Below, in pieces: positions 47,309-55,998 of a stretch of 64,000 nucleotides of DNA (position 1 is the stretch's first letter; each line of letters starts with the position of its first letter). This stretch comes from Polyangiaceae bacterium (GTDB lineage: Bacteria; Myxococcota_A; Polyangia; Polyangiales; Polyangiaceae). The stretch is from assembly GCA_033763455.1 (NCBI GenBank), contig JANRKO010000016.1:1-64000 (forward strand), given 5' to 3'. Made by a program: the position numbers and the translations under genes. The notes below the pieces were generated by a model that saw nothing but the letters and a program-made list of their open reading frames with translations, did not search any database and was not told the origin of the DNA.

Positions 47309-48898
47309 TCAAGCAGCCTGTTCGCCCAAGTACAAGCGCAAAGAGCCCGCAGCCTCCCGTCGATCGAAAGGCACATTTTCCAGCACTTCGCGCTTGGAGA
47401 TTTCGTCAAACAACTCCACCAAGAAGCGATAAAACTCGTGGCACTCCTCAATGGCTCCGTTTAGACGGATCTGATCAACGAGATCAGTATCGCTCAGGCT
47501 CTCCATCGCTGCCATAAACGCGTCGAATCGAGGATAGTCGGCGGCCCGCAACAGTGGGTAACCCATCGCACGAAAGTAAGCGAGGAACTCACGCACATAC
47601 TGGAGCCCGTAGGACTTTTCCCAGAGATCTTCGGGCGGGCTCTGTTCGGCTTTGGAGGCAAATGCTCGCACGATCTGCGCGAACATCCACACATCACGGC
47701 GTAAACGCTCACTCGTCTCACGCCGAGCAGCTTCATCGTCGAACACGCTGTCTGGCTCAAGGCTTGCGCCGAGAGCCTTGCCCAAGAATAACACCGTATT
47801 GAGAAGCGCGGGCCTCAGGTTGAGCAGCACCCGTTGAAGAGCAGCTCTAAATTCAGCCTCCGATGCCCCCTGCTCAATTGAAGGCAAATCATGCTGAAAC
47901 GCGCGGCGCATTTCGAGCCGCACGGTGGCAGCGATGCCCTCAAGCGCCGCTTTGATCGCAATGATGCGATGCCCTGCCGCACGCAGCTCACTCGCACGTT
48001 GCACTATTTCCGATGCCGGCACGTTCAGTAGATCGTTGGCAAAGCTCTCCGCGAGTAGCTCACCCGATCTGCGCCGCAAGTGATCGGTTAGGGCTCGCGC
48101 ATCGGAACGCAGAACCGAAAGAATCAAATATCCGCGGCTAGCCAGGCGGCGTTTCTTGACCGACGGCTCGCTGGCGACTCGCTGCAATAGGCGCACGTAC
48201 CGCAGCATGCGAAACAGCGATAAGAACGTGAGCGCCACTAGCTGGTGCGCCTTCTCTCCAGAAACGCCACGAATCAGCTCCAGCACGTGTGGCGACTTGA
48301 TACGATCGAACTCCGGCCGGAACTCCAGCGCGCGCATGGGGTTGAAGTAAACATTCCGCCCTACTTCGCGCTGGACGGACGTAAGCGCCGCATAAAACAG
48401 CCGAAAAGGCACCCGTTGCGTGCGCACGATGCCTTCTAACACCTCATGCGCCGTACTCAGACCATGGCGAAGCGTTATCAGGCTATCTACGGGGGATGAT
48501 TGATCTGTGCCTTCGCGCATCAGGCGAGTTCGTGCATTATCTTCCGGAAGCACCGTTTCAAGGTAACGATGGAACACATAGGCGCGATCTCTACTACCAA
48601 GCAGGCCACGTGCAAGCGTGATGGCTCTATGCAGCCCTTCACGATACAACACGGTGGCTTCCCGAAAGTCCTGCGCCATTGCAGATTCCCGCTTCGGGGA
48701 CCCAGGATGGTTGCGCGGGTTGGCAAAACACGCCGAAGCCTTCAGCAGCACCTCAAGTTCAAAAAGCAGCTCTTCTTTGCCCTCCTGCGGCAGCGTCGCA
48801 AACCAACGGTCGCGTGAGAGCCGCTGCTCCCGCTCCAACTCGCGGGTGGCACTGAGCAGGTGGGTATAGGCGTCTTTGGGATCCGTGACGTCCAGCAC
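47309..48898 (-). CDS. Hypothetical all-alpha protein (529 aa)
   Basis: Long ORF with protein-like composition; no motif recognised. Confidence 0.8.
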   Translation of the reverse strand: MLDVTDPKDAYTHLLSATRELEREQRLSRDRWFATLPQEGKEELLFELEVLLKASACFANPRNHPGSPKRESAMAQDFREATVLYREGLHRAITLARGLLGSRDRAYVFHRYLETVLPEDNARTRLMREGTDQSSPVDSLITLRHGLSTAHEVLEGIVRTQRVPFRLFYAALTSVQREVGRNVYFNPMRALEFRPEFDRIKSPHVLELIRGVSGEKAHQLVALTFLSLFRMLRYVRLLQRVASEPSVKKRRLASRGYLILSVLRSDARALTDHLRRRSGELLAESFANDLLNVPASEIVQRASELRAAGHRIIAIKAALEGIAATVRLEMRRAFQHDLPSIEQGASEAEFRAALQRVLLNLRPALLNTVLFLGKALGASLEPDSVFDDEAARRETSERLRRDVWMFAQIVRAFASKAEQSPPEDLWEKSYGLQYVREFLAYFRAMGYPLLRAADYPRFDAFMAAMESLSDTDLVDQIRLNGAIEECHEFYRFLVELFDEISKREVLENVPFDRREAAGSLRLYLGEQAA

Positions 48899-48991
48899 TC
48901 CGAAGAGAGTACCATAGGCCCCTGGGCGGCACTATTTCCGATGGGGTGGATGCGCCAATGGTGCGCTTTTTGGTTTTGACGGCCTATAGCA

Positions 48992-49597
48992 TCATGAGGC
49001 GCGCAAAAACGGCTGCCACTCTTCGTACGGAGCGCGCGTGGCCATCAGAATATGTGCAGCGGTAGACCAATGTGGTTCGGCAGGAGGCCGTGCCAGGCCC
49101 ATGCCCGCTTCCTCAGGAGTACGCCGACCCTTCTTTAAGTTGCAGCTCCGGCAAGATACGACCAAATTCTCCCATGTCTCACGGCCACCCCGCGAGCGGG
49201 GCACCACGTGATCAAGATTCAGCTCACGCACCCCAGGCCGCCGCAAACAATACTGACACTGGTGATCATCCCGCAACAGCAGGTTTCTTCGCGTGAGCCG
49301 GATCTTGACGCGCGGAAAGCGATCATACCCCAGCAGGTGGAGCACCCGGGGCATCCTTAGCTGGCCACTCACCAGCGGCACGACATCATCCTCAGCGCGA
49401 ATGGGCAACTTGAGCCAGTGCTCGAAATCGTAGGCATGCCCATCAGAATCCACGGCGTGTGCGCCACCGCAGTAGAGCAACACTAGGCCCCGTCGCGCGC
49501 TTGCGATGCTCACCGGCGCGTAATAACGGTTCAGGAGCAGCACTGGAGCCGAAAGCCCACTGGGGCTCTGACTTGGCTGTGCGTGACCGCCCTTCAT
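48992..49597 (-). CDS. HNH endonuclease (McrA-like, stand-alone)
   Basis: VLLLNRYY, RDDHQCQYC, LDHVVPRSRGG, WENLVVSCRSCNLKK; GGGGAG RBS. Confidence 0.9.
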   Translation of the reverse strand: MKGGHAQPSQSPSGLSAPVLLLNRYYAPVSIASARRGLVLLYCGGAHAVDSDGHAYDFEHWLKLPIRAEDDVVPLVSGQLRMPRVLHLLGYDRFPRVKIRLTRRNLLLRDDHQCQYCLRRPGVRELNLDHVVPRSRGGRETWENLVVSCRSCNLKKGRRTPEEAGMGLARPPAEPHWSTAAHILMATRAPYEEWQPFLRAS

Positions 49598-49633
49598 ACC
49601 GTACTCCCCTAAAGATAGCACCAATCCACTCCG

Positions 49634-49745
49634 CTCGGGAGTCCCGTTCGGGTCACGGCTTCTTGGAACCCTTGTTGGAACCCTCGACCCGCGACCGTGC
49701 TTCGGGTTATGTCGAGGTTCCGTGCGCCCCGCGAAACTTCCCGAA
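49634..49745 (-). ncRNA. Candidate structured RNA upstream of the HNH gene
   Basis: Long outer helix of about 22 bp with bulges, with G-U pairs only in the minus orientation, enclosing GGAACCUCGAC/GUCGAGGGUUCC. Confidence 0.4.
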
Positions 49746-49808
49746 TCCGACGCCCCGCGTTTCGACCATCGAAACCTTCTCTCGATACCCCGTATACCCC
49801 TGGCGCCC

Positions 49809-51206
49809 GTGCGCCTGCACGCCCGCCGCTGCGTGAACGTTGTTGGCCTAGCTTTTTCCCTACTTGGCCTCGCATGTGGGAGCCCCGCACCAGCTCCCTC
49901 CGCCTACCCGGAGACTGCCAACAAGTGGTTCACGCGCGCTCAGAAAAGCTTCGCAGCGGGGGACATGGAAGATGCAAGGGATGCTGTGGAAAACGCCCTT
50001 CGCGTCACACCCGAACGCGAAGATGCGCGCATCTTGGCTGCCAAGGTAGCCCTCGCCGGACTGGAATTTGACCGGGTTTTGCAGCTGCTTTCGGGCATAG
50101 ATACCAGCGATGCACGATCGCTCAGGGGGCGAGCGCTCTGGTATTCATTGAAGATTGACGAAGCCGCTGATGAGCTTGAACTCTTGCTTTCAGATCCAGA
50201 GGTGCGAGACCCATGGGCGAAGGAAATCGCTGGCCTTGCACGCAGGGGCCAGGGGCGCACGCCGTTCGAGTTTAGCGGGGGCCTGTTGGCCGTCACCGAA
50301 ATGCCACGCGTTGGGGGCACGTCATTTCTCGTTCCGCTCGAACTCAACGGTGAGCAAGCGCTGGCTATGATCGCTACGGGCTCCGGGGAAGCTGTAGTGG
50401 ATGCGAGCCAAGGGGCCAATTCGGGCTTCATTTCCCTACGTTTTGGGGAACGCCTAGAGGTGAGGGACGTGCCGGCGGTGGCTCGGGATCTTTCGGGCAT
50501 TAGCCGCGAAGTGAATGCGCCTGTGAAACTACTGATCGGCATGAATCTGCTGCGGCATCTGCACGCTACGGTGGATTTTGTTGGCAGCCAATTTGTAGTG
50601 CGCACCTTTGAACCCCCCCCGCCTCCTGTGGCCACGAGTGTCCGCTTGGATTACTTGCGGGGTGGCGGCATGCTCGTCTTGGCGGGCCTCGGAAAAGAAT
50701 CTACGGCGGCGCCGCTTGCACTCTTGATAGACACCGCCCAAAGCTTCCCCGTAGCGCTCGATGCGGAGGGCTGGGCGAAGACGGGCACCGCACCCCACGC
50801 AATGAAGCAGCTCGAAGGTAGCCCGACGCTGCAGCACGCGACCCTTCCTATCTTCAAGCTTGGCGCATTTGAGCTGCCAGGAGTGCCCGGCGTTAAAGGG
50901 GTCCCCATGGGGGACGTCGAGAAGACACTCGGCGTCAACGTCGACGGCGTGATTGGTTCCGGCTTGCTTGCCAACTTCCGCATCACCTTCGCTGACAGCG
51001 CCAAGACTCTGTGGCTCGAACCCCTCCCCATGCTGGGCCCAGAAATGCCGCAAGAACCAGCACCCCGAGAGGTAGGCGCCGAGCCAAGCGAGGCCGGAAA
51101 GCCGGCGGGCGCCGCCCCAGGAGCTCCTCCGCCGTCCCCCCAAGAAGCGTCGGAGCCAACCTCGCCCGCCCCCACTCCCACGTCCCCGGTGGCTCCTCAT
51201 GGTTAG
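49809..51206 (+). CDS. TPR lipoprotein with two retropepsin-like domains
   Basis: LGLAC lipobox; TPR-like helices; AMIATGS...LLIGMNLL and LLIDTA...DGVIGSGLL. Confidence 0.7.
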   Translation: MRLHARRCVNVVGLAFSLLGLACGSPAPAPSAYPETANKWFTRAQKSFAAGDMEDARDAVENALRVTPEREDARILAAKVALAGLEFDRVLQLLSGIDTSDARSLRGRALWYSLKIDEAADELELLLSDPEVRDPWAKEIAGLARRGQGRTPFEFSGGLLAVTEMPRVGGTSFLVPLELNGEQALAMIATGSGEAVVDASQGANSGFISLRFGERLEVRDVPAVARDLSGISREVNAPVKLLIGMNLLRHLHATVDFVGSQFVVRTFEPPPPPVATSVRLDYLRGGGMLVLAGLGKESTAAPLALLIDTAQSFPVALDAEGWAKTGTAPHAMKQLEGSPTLQHATLPIFKLGAFELPGVPGVKGVPMGDVEKTLGVNVDGVIGSGLLANFRITFADSAKTLWLEPLPMLGPEMPQEPAPREVGAEPSEAGKPAGAAPGAPPPSPQEASEPTSPAPTPTSPVAPHG

Positions 51207-51696
51207 CCAGCTCTCCGATATCGCCATCTATCCGGGCAGCTTTGATCCACCCACCAATGGGCACCTGGATCTCGTAGAGCGTGCTTCAAAGCTGTTCGCG
51301 CGCGTGGTCGTGGCAGTGGGCGTTAACCCTCAGCGCGCCCCACTTTTTACCTTGGAAGAGCGCCGCAGCCTCCTCACCCAAATCTGCGCACCCTTCTCTA
51401 ACGTTGAGGTCGACGTGTTTGACGGCTTGCTGGTGCAATACGGCAAGCGCATGGGTGCACGAGTGATCGTGCGTGGGCTTCGCGCGGGAACGGACTTTGA
51501 GTACGAGCTCCAGATAGCTCATGCAAATGCCGATTTAGAGCCCGATATCGACACGGTATTCTTGCCGACCCGCACGAACTATGGATTTGTCTCCGCCTCA
51601 TTGGTGCGGGAAATCGCACGCCACGGCGGAGATGTAAGCCGCCTCGCACCGCCTGAAGTGTGCCAAGCGCTTCTGCAGAAGTTCAAAGCTCAGTAG
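51199..51696 (+). CDS. coaD: Phosphopantetheine adenylyltransferase
   Basis: AIYPGSFDPPTNGH and RGLRAGTDFEYE. Confidence 0.97.
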   Translation: MVSQLSDIAIYPGSFDPPTNGHLDLVERASKLFARVVVAVGVNPQRAPLFTLEERRSLLTQICAPFSNVEVDVFDGLLVQYGKRMGARVIVRGLRAGTDFEYELQIAHANADLEPDIDTVFLPTRTNYGFVSASLVREIARHGGDVSRLAPPEVCQALLQKFKAQ

Positions 51697-52748
51697 AAGA
51701 CCATCGGTGTCGGCATAAACAGAAGCACGAACAGCCCAAGTGTGACCCAACCCACAAGACGCCTTCCTGGGCCTAGTTCAGTGTCTTCCACAGGTGGATG
51801 CCCACGGCCGGAAAGGCGACCCAGCAGCGACAAGAGCAGCGCAGAAACCACCCATGGCATTGCCGCGCTCACAGGGTTCCAGTCTTCAGAGGTCAGGCTG
51901 TTAAACCCAAACTCGTTACCACGAGCGAGTATCGGCATGACGTATCGCGCCACGTTGTAGAGAACGAGCAGCCAAGGCACCAAAGCGAGCTTCTTTCCCC
52001 ACGCATTCTGCCGTTCACCGAACAGCGCATAGGCGACGTGGCCACCATCAAGCTGGCCCACGGGCAACAAGTTCAGAAACGTTACAAGAAACCCAACCCA
52101 CGCGGCCAAAGCTGTAGGGTGCAAAAATACGTCGTGCCCCGCGGGAATCGAACCATGCACCGCATACTTCAGCAGCCAATACAAGATGCTTTGACCTTCC
52201 TGAATATAAGAGCCTTGCGTCTTCGGCTCCACCGTGGAGAGGGAAAGCCCGTGCAGCATCACAGGTATCGCAACCAATAGGCCTGCCAGTGGCCCCGCGG
52301 CGCCAATGTCCATGAGTGCCCGACGCGTCTTGATGCGTTCCGGCATGATGATGACGGCGCCAAACGTTCCAAATGGGCTGAGCTGGGCGGGTAGAGGCAA
52401 AAAATAGGGCAGCGACGTCGGAACGCGATGCAACCGCGCGGCAATATAGTGACCAAACTCATGCGCCAGCAGAATGCTGAGAAGGGGAACCGCAAAATGC
52501 CACCCGCTGAGAAGCTGTAGCCCGGCGTCGGGATTCGGCTTCTCGTTGCCCCAAAATTGCCCCGCGTAGAACACGCTGAGCACCGTCAGAAAAAACAGCG
52601 CAACATTGATCCTCCAGTCGAAGCGCCGCGCTGAAGGGGGTGCGGGATTGGGGGCAACAGATTGCCCAGGACGCATCTCATTGCCCACGGCCTCGTTCGG
52701 GGAGGGGTTTGGCGGTGACGGCTCGGAAGGAGGATCGGGCTGGCTCAT
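51690..52748 (-). CDS. Site-2 protease (M50)
   Basis: AHEFGH, AAGPLAG and NLLPVGQLDGG. Confidence 0.9.
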   Translation of the reverse strand: MSQPDPPSEPSPPNPSPNEAVGNEMRPGQSVAPNPAPPSARRFDWRINVALFFLTVLSVFYAGQFWGNEKPNPDAGLQLLSGWHFAVPLLSILLAHEFGHYIAARLHRVPTSLPYFLPLPAQLSPFGTFGAVIIMPERIKTRRALMDIGAAGPLAGLLVAIPVMLHGLSLSTVEPKTQGSYIQEGQSILYWLLKYAVHGSIPAGHDVFLHPTALAAWVGFLVTFLNLLPVGQLDGGHVAYALFGERQNAWGKKLALVPWLLVLYNVARYVMPILARGNEFGFNSLTSEDWNPVSAAMPWVVSALLLSLLGRLSGRGHPPVEDTELGPGRRLVGWVTLGLFVLLFMPTPMVFY

Positions 52749-52808
52749 GGCATGGATAGCGGGGTGAAACGGGCGCGCCGTGGCGCGCAAAAAACGGATC
52801 TGCGAAAT

Positions 52809-53510
52809 CTAGGTGGATTCTGGGGTGAGCGAAACGCGAAGCCTGGCCCCGAGCTGTGCCAACTGCTCGCCGAGCTCAGCCTCCAGCACGCCCACGTCAG
52901 TGAAGATGCGGAGGTTTCCGCGCGCTTGGTCGGCGTTGGCTAGGACGCTGACTTCTCCATTCATCCCAAGGAGCTCAAGGTGCTCACTTAGGGTGGCTGC
53001 ATCCGCAGGGTGTGCCTCAATCCGAATTCGCCGAGCGCCACGCGCTTCGGACAGTGCTTGTTGAGCAAGGGCTACAATGGTGTTCGGATCCAGCGCCAAA
53101 GCTTGCCCCAAGAGCCGTTCTGCGAGCACGCGCCCGAGCTCTACCGCGCGATCCAGCTGACGTTCGGAAAGCGTATTTTCCAGGTGCCGAAGTAACAAAG
53201 CTTGCGTGGAAAGCTCAGCCGCTACCTGCGCGCGTGCTTGCACCTGTGCCCCGAGAAATACGTGGCTCTTGTGCCGCTCCGCCTCGGCAACAATCGCTTC
53301 GGCTTCTGCTCGCGCTCGGGCCAAGATGGCACTCGCCTCTAAAGACGCGTCGACAACCGCGCGCGGCGCAATACGACCGACTCCTAGCCGTGCCGCTTCA
53401 CTCGCCACCCCGCCGCCGAAAGTGTCGCCGAGCGCCACCGAAGCCACTTCGCTCACCGACCTCGTCAAAAGATCGCTCCGCGAAACCACGCGCCCTCGGC
53501 TTAACGTCAT
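52809..53510 (-). CDS. FliH/SctL-family protein (orphan)
   Basis: AxxxA repeats; RIRIEAHPAD...GNLRIFTDVGVLEAEL. Confidence 0.75.
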   Translation of the reverse strand: MTLSRGRVVSRSDLLTRSVSEVASVALGDTFGGGVASEAARLGVGRIAPRAVVDASLEASAILARARAEAEAIVAEAERHKSHVFLGAQVQARAQVAAELSTQALLLRHLENTLSERQLDRAVELGRVLAERLLGQALALDPNTIVALAQQALSEARGARRIRIEAHPADAATLSEHLELLGMNGEVSVLANADQARGNLRIFTDVGVLEAELGEQLAQLGARLRVSLTPEST

Positions 53511-53737
53511 AGCGTTTCCAGGCGTTTTACACCCACCAAGATCCGGGCTATTTCACGACCCAAAAGCTGAACTCTGGCTTCTTTCGGCGATTCAACAAGG
53601 CTTTTTGCCAACACCTGGGCTCCGCGGCTCGGCTTCCTCAGCCCCACTAGCGTCTCCGCGCCACGCGCACCCAAGGTGTAGCGCATCGCAACGTACGCCG
53701 ACTCCGCGTTCGCGGTGGGTTCAAACTTGGGATCCAT
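53507..53737 (-). CDS. Small hypothetical protein coupled to sctL/fliH
   Basis: ATGA overlap with the next gene; start uncertain (53737 or 53773). Confidence 0.6.
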   Translation of the reverse strand: MDPKFEPTANAESAYVAMRYTLGARGAETLVGLRKPSRGAQVLAKSLVESPKEARVQLLGREIARILVGVKRLETL

Positions 53738-53759
53738 GGGTATTCGAAGATGCTGAAAG

Positions 53760-54947
53760 CTAAACGGCCTCAATCAACATGGCGATGGCCTCACCCCCAC
53801 CGATACACAAAGAGGCTACGCCGCGCCGCGCACCGCGATCTTTCATTGCATAAAGCAGCGTCGTGAGCACACGTGCGCCAGAAGCGCCGATGGGATGGCC
53901 AAGGGCCACAGCTCCGCCGCGAACATTCACGGTGGCTGGGTCTAGCTTCAAAAGGCTGCTGCAAGCCTGCGTGACACACGAGAAAGCCTCGTTGATCTCC
54001 CAAAGATCTACGTCTTTTGTGCTAAGGTTGAGGCGAGTGAGCAACCCCTGCATGGCTTTGGCCGGTGCGGTGGTGAACCACTCTGGCTCGTGTGCGGCGT
54101 ACCCGGTGCCGACAATACGCGCGAGTGGCGTGAGGCTCCTGGCCTTGACTGCGCTTTCAGTGGCCAACACCACGGCCGCCGCTCCATCGTTCACGCTCGA
54201 CGCATTCGCTGCCGTGATGGTACCCGCAGGGTCAAACGCCGGACGGAGTGCTGCGAACTTTTTCGGATCACCGCGGCCAGGCTCTTCGTCGGTATCGACC
54301 ACAAGCGCTGGCCCTTTCTTCTGAGCTATTTCAACCGGGGCGATTTCGGCACGAAATTCCCCAGCTGCTTGCGCTTTTAGTGCCCGATCGTAGCTTTCGG
54401 TGGCAAAGGCATCTTGGCTTTGCCTATCGAGCTTGAATTCCTTAGCGCACAGCTCGCCAGCGCGACCCATGTGGAAATCATTATAGGGGTCCCACAGGCC
54501 GTCGAAGATCATGCCGTCCACCAGTTGATCGTTGCCCATACGATAACCTGTGCGCGCTTTGGTGAGGTAATACGGCACGTTGGACATCGATTCCATGCCG
54601 CCGGCCACGGCGAGAGCGGCCTCGCCCAACATGAGCGATTTGCGCGCCATGGCCACCGCCTGAAGCCCCGAACCGCAGACTTTATTTACGGTGGTGGCCG
54701 GCACGGTATTGGGGATGCCGGAAAATATGCTTGCCTGCCGCGCGGGCGCTTGCCCGATCCCGGCGGACAACACGTTGCCCATGACGACTTCCTCTACGTC
54801 AGCGGGAGCAACACCTGCGCGTTCGAGAGCCGCCCGGAGAGCGACAGCACCCAGGCGCGGTGCGGAAAGTGAAGAAAGCGCCCCCAAATACGAACCAATG
54901 GGCGTGCGAGCTGCCCCGACTAGATACACAGCTTCAAGATTTGACAT
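53760..54947 (-). CDS. Acetyl-CoA C-acetyltransferase (thiolase)
   Basis: NKVCGSG, NEAF, GHPIGASG and CIGGG. Confidence 0.95.
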   Translation of the reverse strand: MSNLEAVYLVGAARTPIGSYLGALSSLSAPRLGAVALRAALERAGVAPADVEEVVMGNVLSAGIGQAPARQASIFSGIPNTVPATTVNKVCGSGLQAVAMARKSLMLGEAALAVAGGMESMSNVPYYLTKARTGYRMGNDQLVDGMIFDGLWDPYNDFHMGRAGELCAKEFKLDRQSQDAFATESYDRALKAQAAGEFRAEIAPVEIAQKKGPALVVDTDEEPGRGDPKKFAALRPAFDPAGTITAANASSVNDGAAAVVLATESAVKARSLTPLARIVGTGYAAHEPEWFTTAPAKAMQGLLTRLNLSTKDVDLWEINEAFSCVTQACSSLLKLDPATVNVRGGAVALGHPIGASGARVLTTLLYAMKDRGARRGVASLCIGGGEAIAMLIEAV

Positions 54948-54952
54948 GTGGC

Positions 54953-55915
54953 TCAGATCCCCAAATTTCGTCGAATGCGGGCCAACGGCTCCTCCAAATT
55001 GGGAACGAAGGCTTCACCCGTGATGCGTTCTACCGCTTCAATATAACGCCGGCTGGCTTCAATTCGGATTTCGTCCGGAATGGGTGGTATGGGCCCATCC
55101 CCCATGAACCCAATCCCAGCAAGATAACGCCGCACGTATTCTTTGTCGAAGCTCTCCGGGTGTTCGCCCCGCGCGAATCTCTCCGCGTAGCTCTCGGCGT
55201 ACCAAAAGCGTGACGAATCTGGCGTGTGAATCTCGTCGATCACAACGATTTCCCCGCTCGGCGTTTTTCCAAACTCATATTTAGTATCGACCAAAATGAG
55301 GCCATGCTCGGCACAAATGCGCTGCCCCGCGGAAAAAAGCACGCGCGTAAGCTCAGCGGCGCGGTCAAAATCCTGCGCCGACATTCCGCTAGCCTGGAGG
55401 ATTTCCTCGCGTGAGGCAGAAACATCGTGGTCCCCGTGGGCCGCTTTGGTGCTGGGGGTCAAGATCGGTGCGGCGAGCTTTTCATGCTGGCGCAAGCCCT
55501 CCGGCAAACGATGCCCACAAAAGGTGCGCACTCCGTTTTGGTAGTGCACCCAGATGCTGGTAGACGTGGTGCCTGTTAGGTAAGCACGCATCACCATTTC
55601 CACGGGCAGCGGCTCGCACTCGCGCACCAGCGTAACGTTCGGATCGGGCACCGAGAGTAAATGGTTCGGGCATACTTCCCGCGTTCGCTGCATCCACCAG
55701 GCCGAGGCCCAATTGAGCACCTGGCCTTTGAGGGGCAGAGTGCCGAGCACTCGATCGAAGGCGCTGATGCGATCCGTGGCCACAATCACGCGCGTGCCGT
55801 CGGCACGGGTATAATTGTCGCGAACTTTGCCTTCGTACTTTTTGCCCAGAACGTCAAAATCCGTGGCCTTTAGAGGATGGGCTAACGCTGTTTTTAGAAC
55901 TTCCGGTGTCACCAC
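54953..55915 (-). CDS. purC: SAICAR synthetase
   Basis: GKVRDNY, TDRISAFD, DTKYEFG and DEIHTPDSSRFW. Confidence 0.95.
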   Translation of the reverse strand: MVTPEVLKTALAHPLKATDFDVLGKKYEGKVRDNYTRADGTRVIVATDRISAFDRVLGTLPLKGQVLNWASAWWMQRTREVCPNHLLSVPDPNVTLVRECEPLPVEMVMRAYLTGTTSTSIWVHYQNGVRTFCGHRLPEGLRQHEKLAAPILTPSTKAAHGDHDVSASREEILQASGMSAQDFDRAAELTRVLFSAGQRICAEHGLILVDTKYEFGKTPSGEIVVIDEIHTPDSSRFWYAESYAERFARGEHPESFDKEYVRRYLAGIGFMGDGPIPPIPDEIRIEASRRYIEAVERITGEAFVPNLEEPLARIRRNLGI

Positions 55916-55998
55916 GCCCGGAAGCTAGCATGGCCGCGCTCGGTACGAAGCTCGAAAACAGGTGGCCCGCCCGGCGCGCCTGGCGTATTTGCATCGCA

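Noticed and set aside
48001..48943. Exact 15-bp repeat GCACTATTTCCGATG at 48001 and 48929
   Set aside because: One copy is inside an intact CDS and nothing mobile lies between them; compatible with chance.
48992..49597. IscB/Cas9-like OMEGA nuclease
   Set aside because: About 200 aa, with no PLMP, RuvC or bridge-helix motifs.
49634..49745. 6S RNA, SRP RNA or tRNA identity for the hairpin
   Set aside because: Too short and one-sided for 6S; lacks the SRP CAGG-GNRA-AGCA motif; no cloverleaf.
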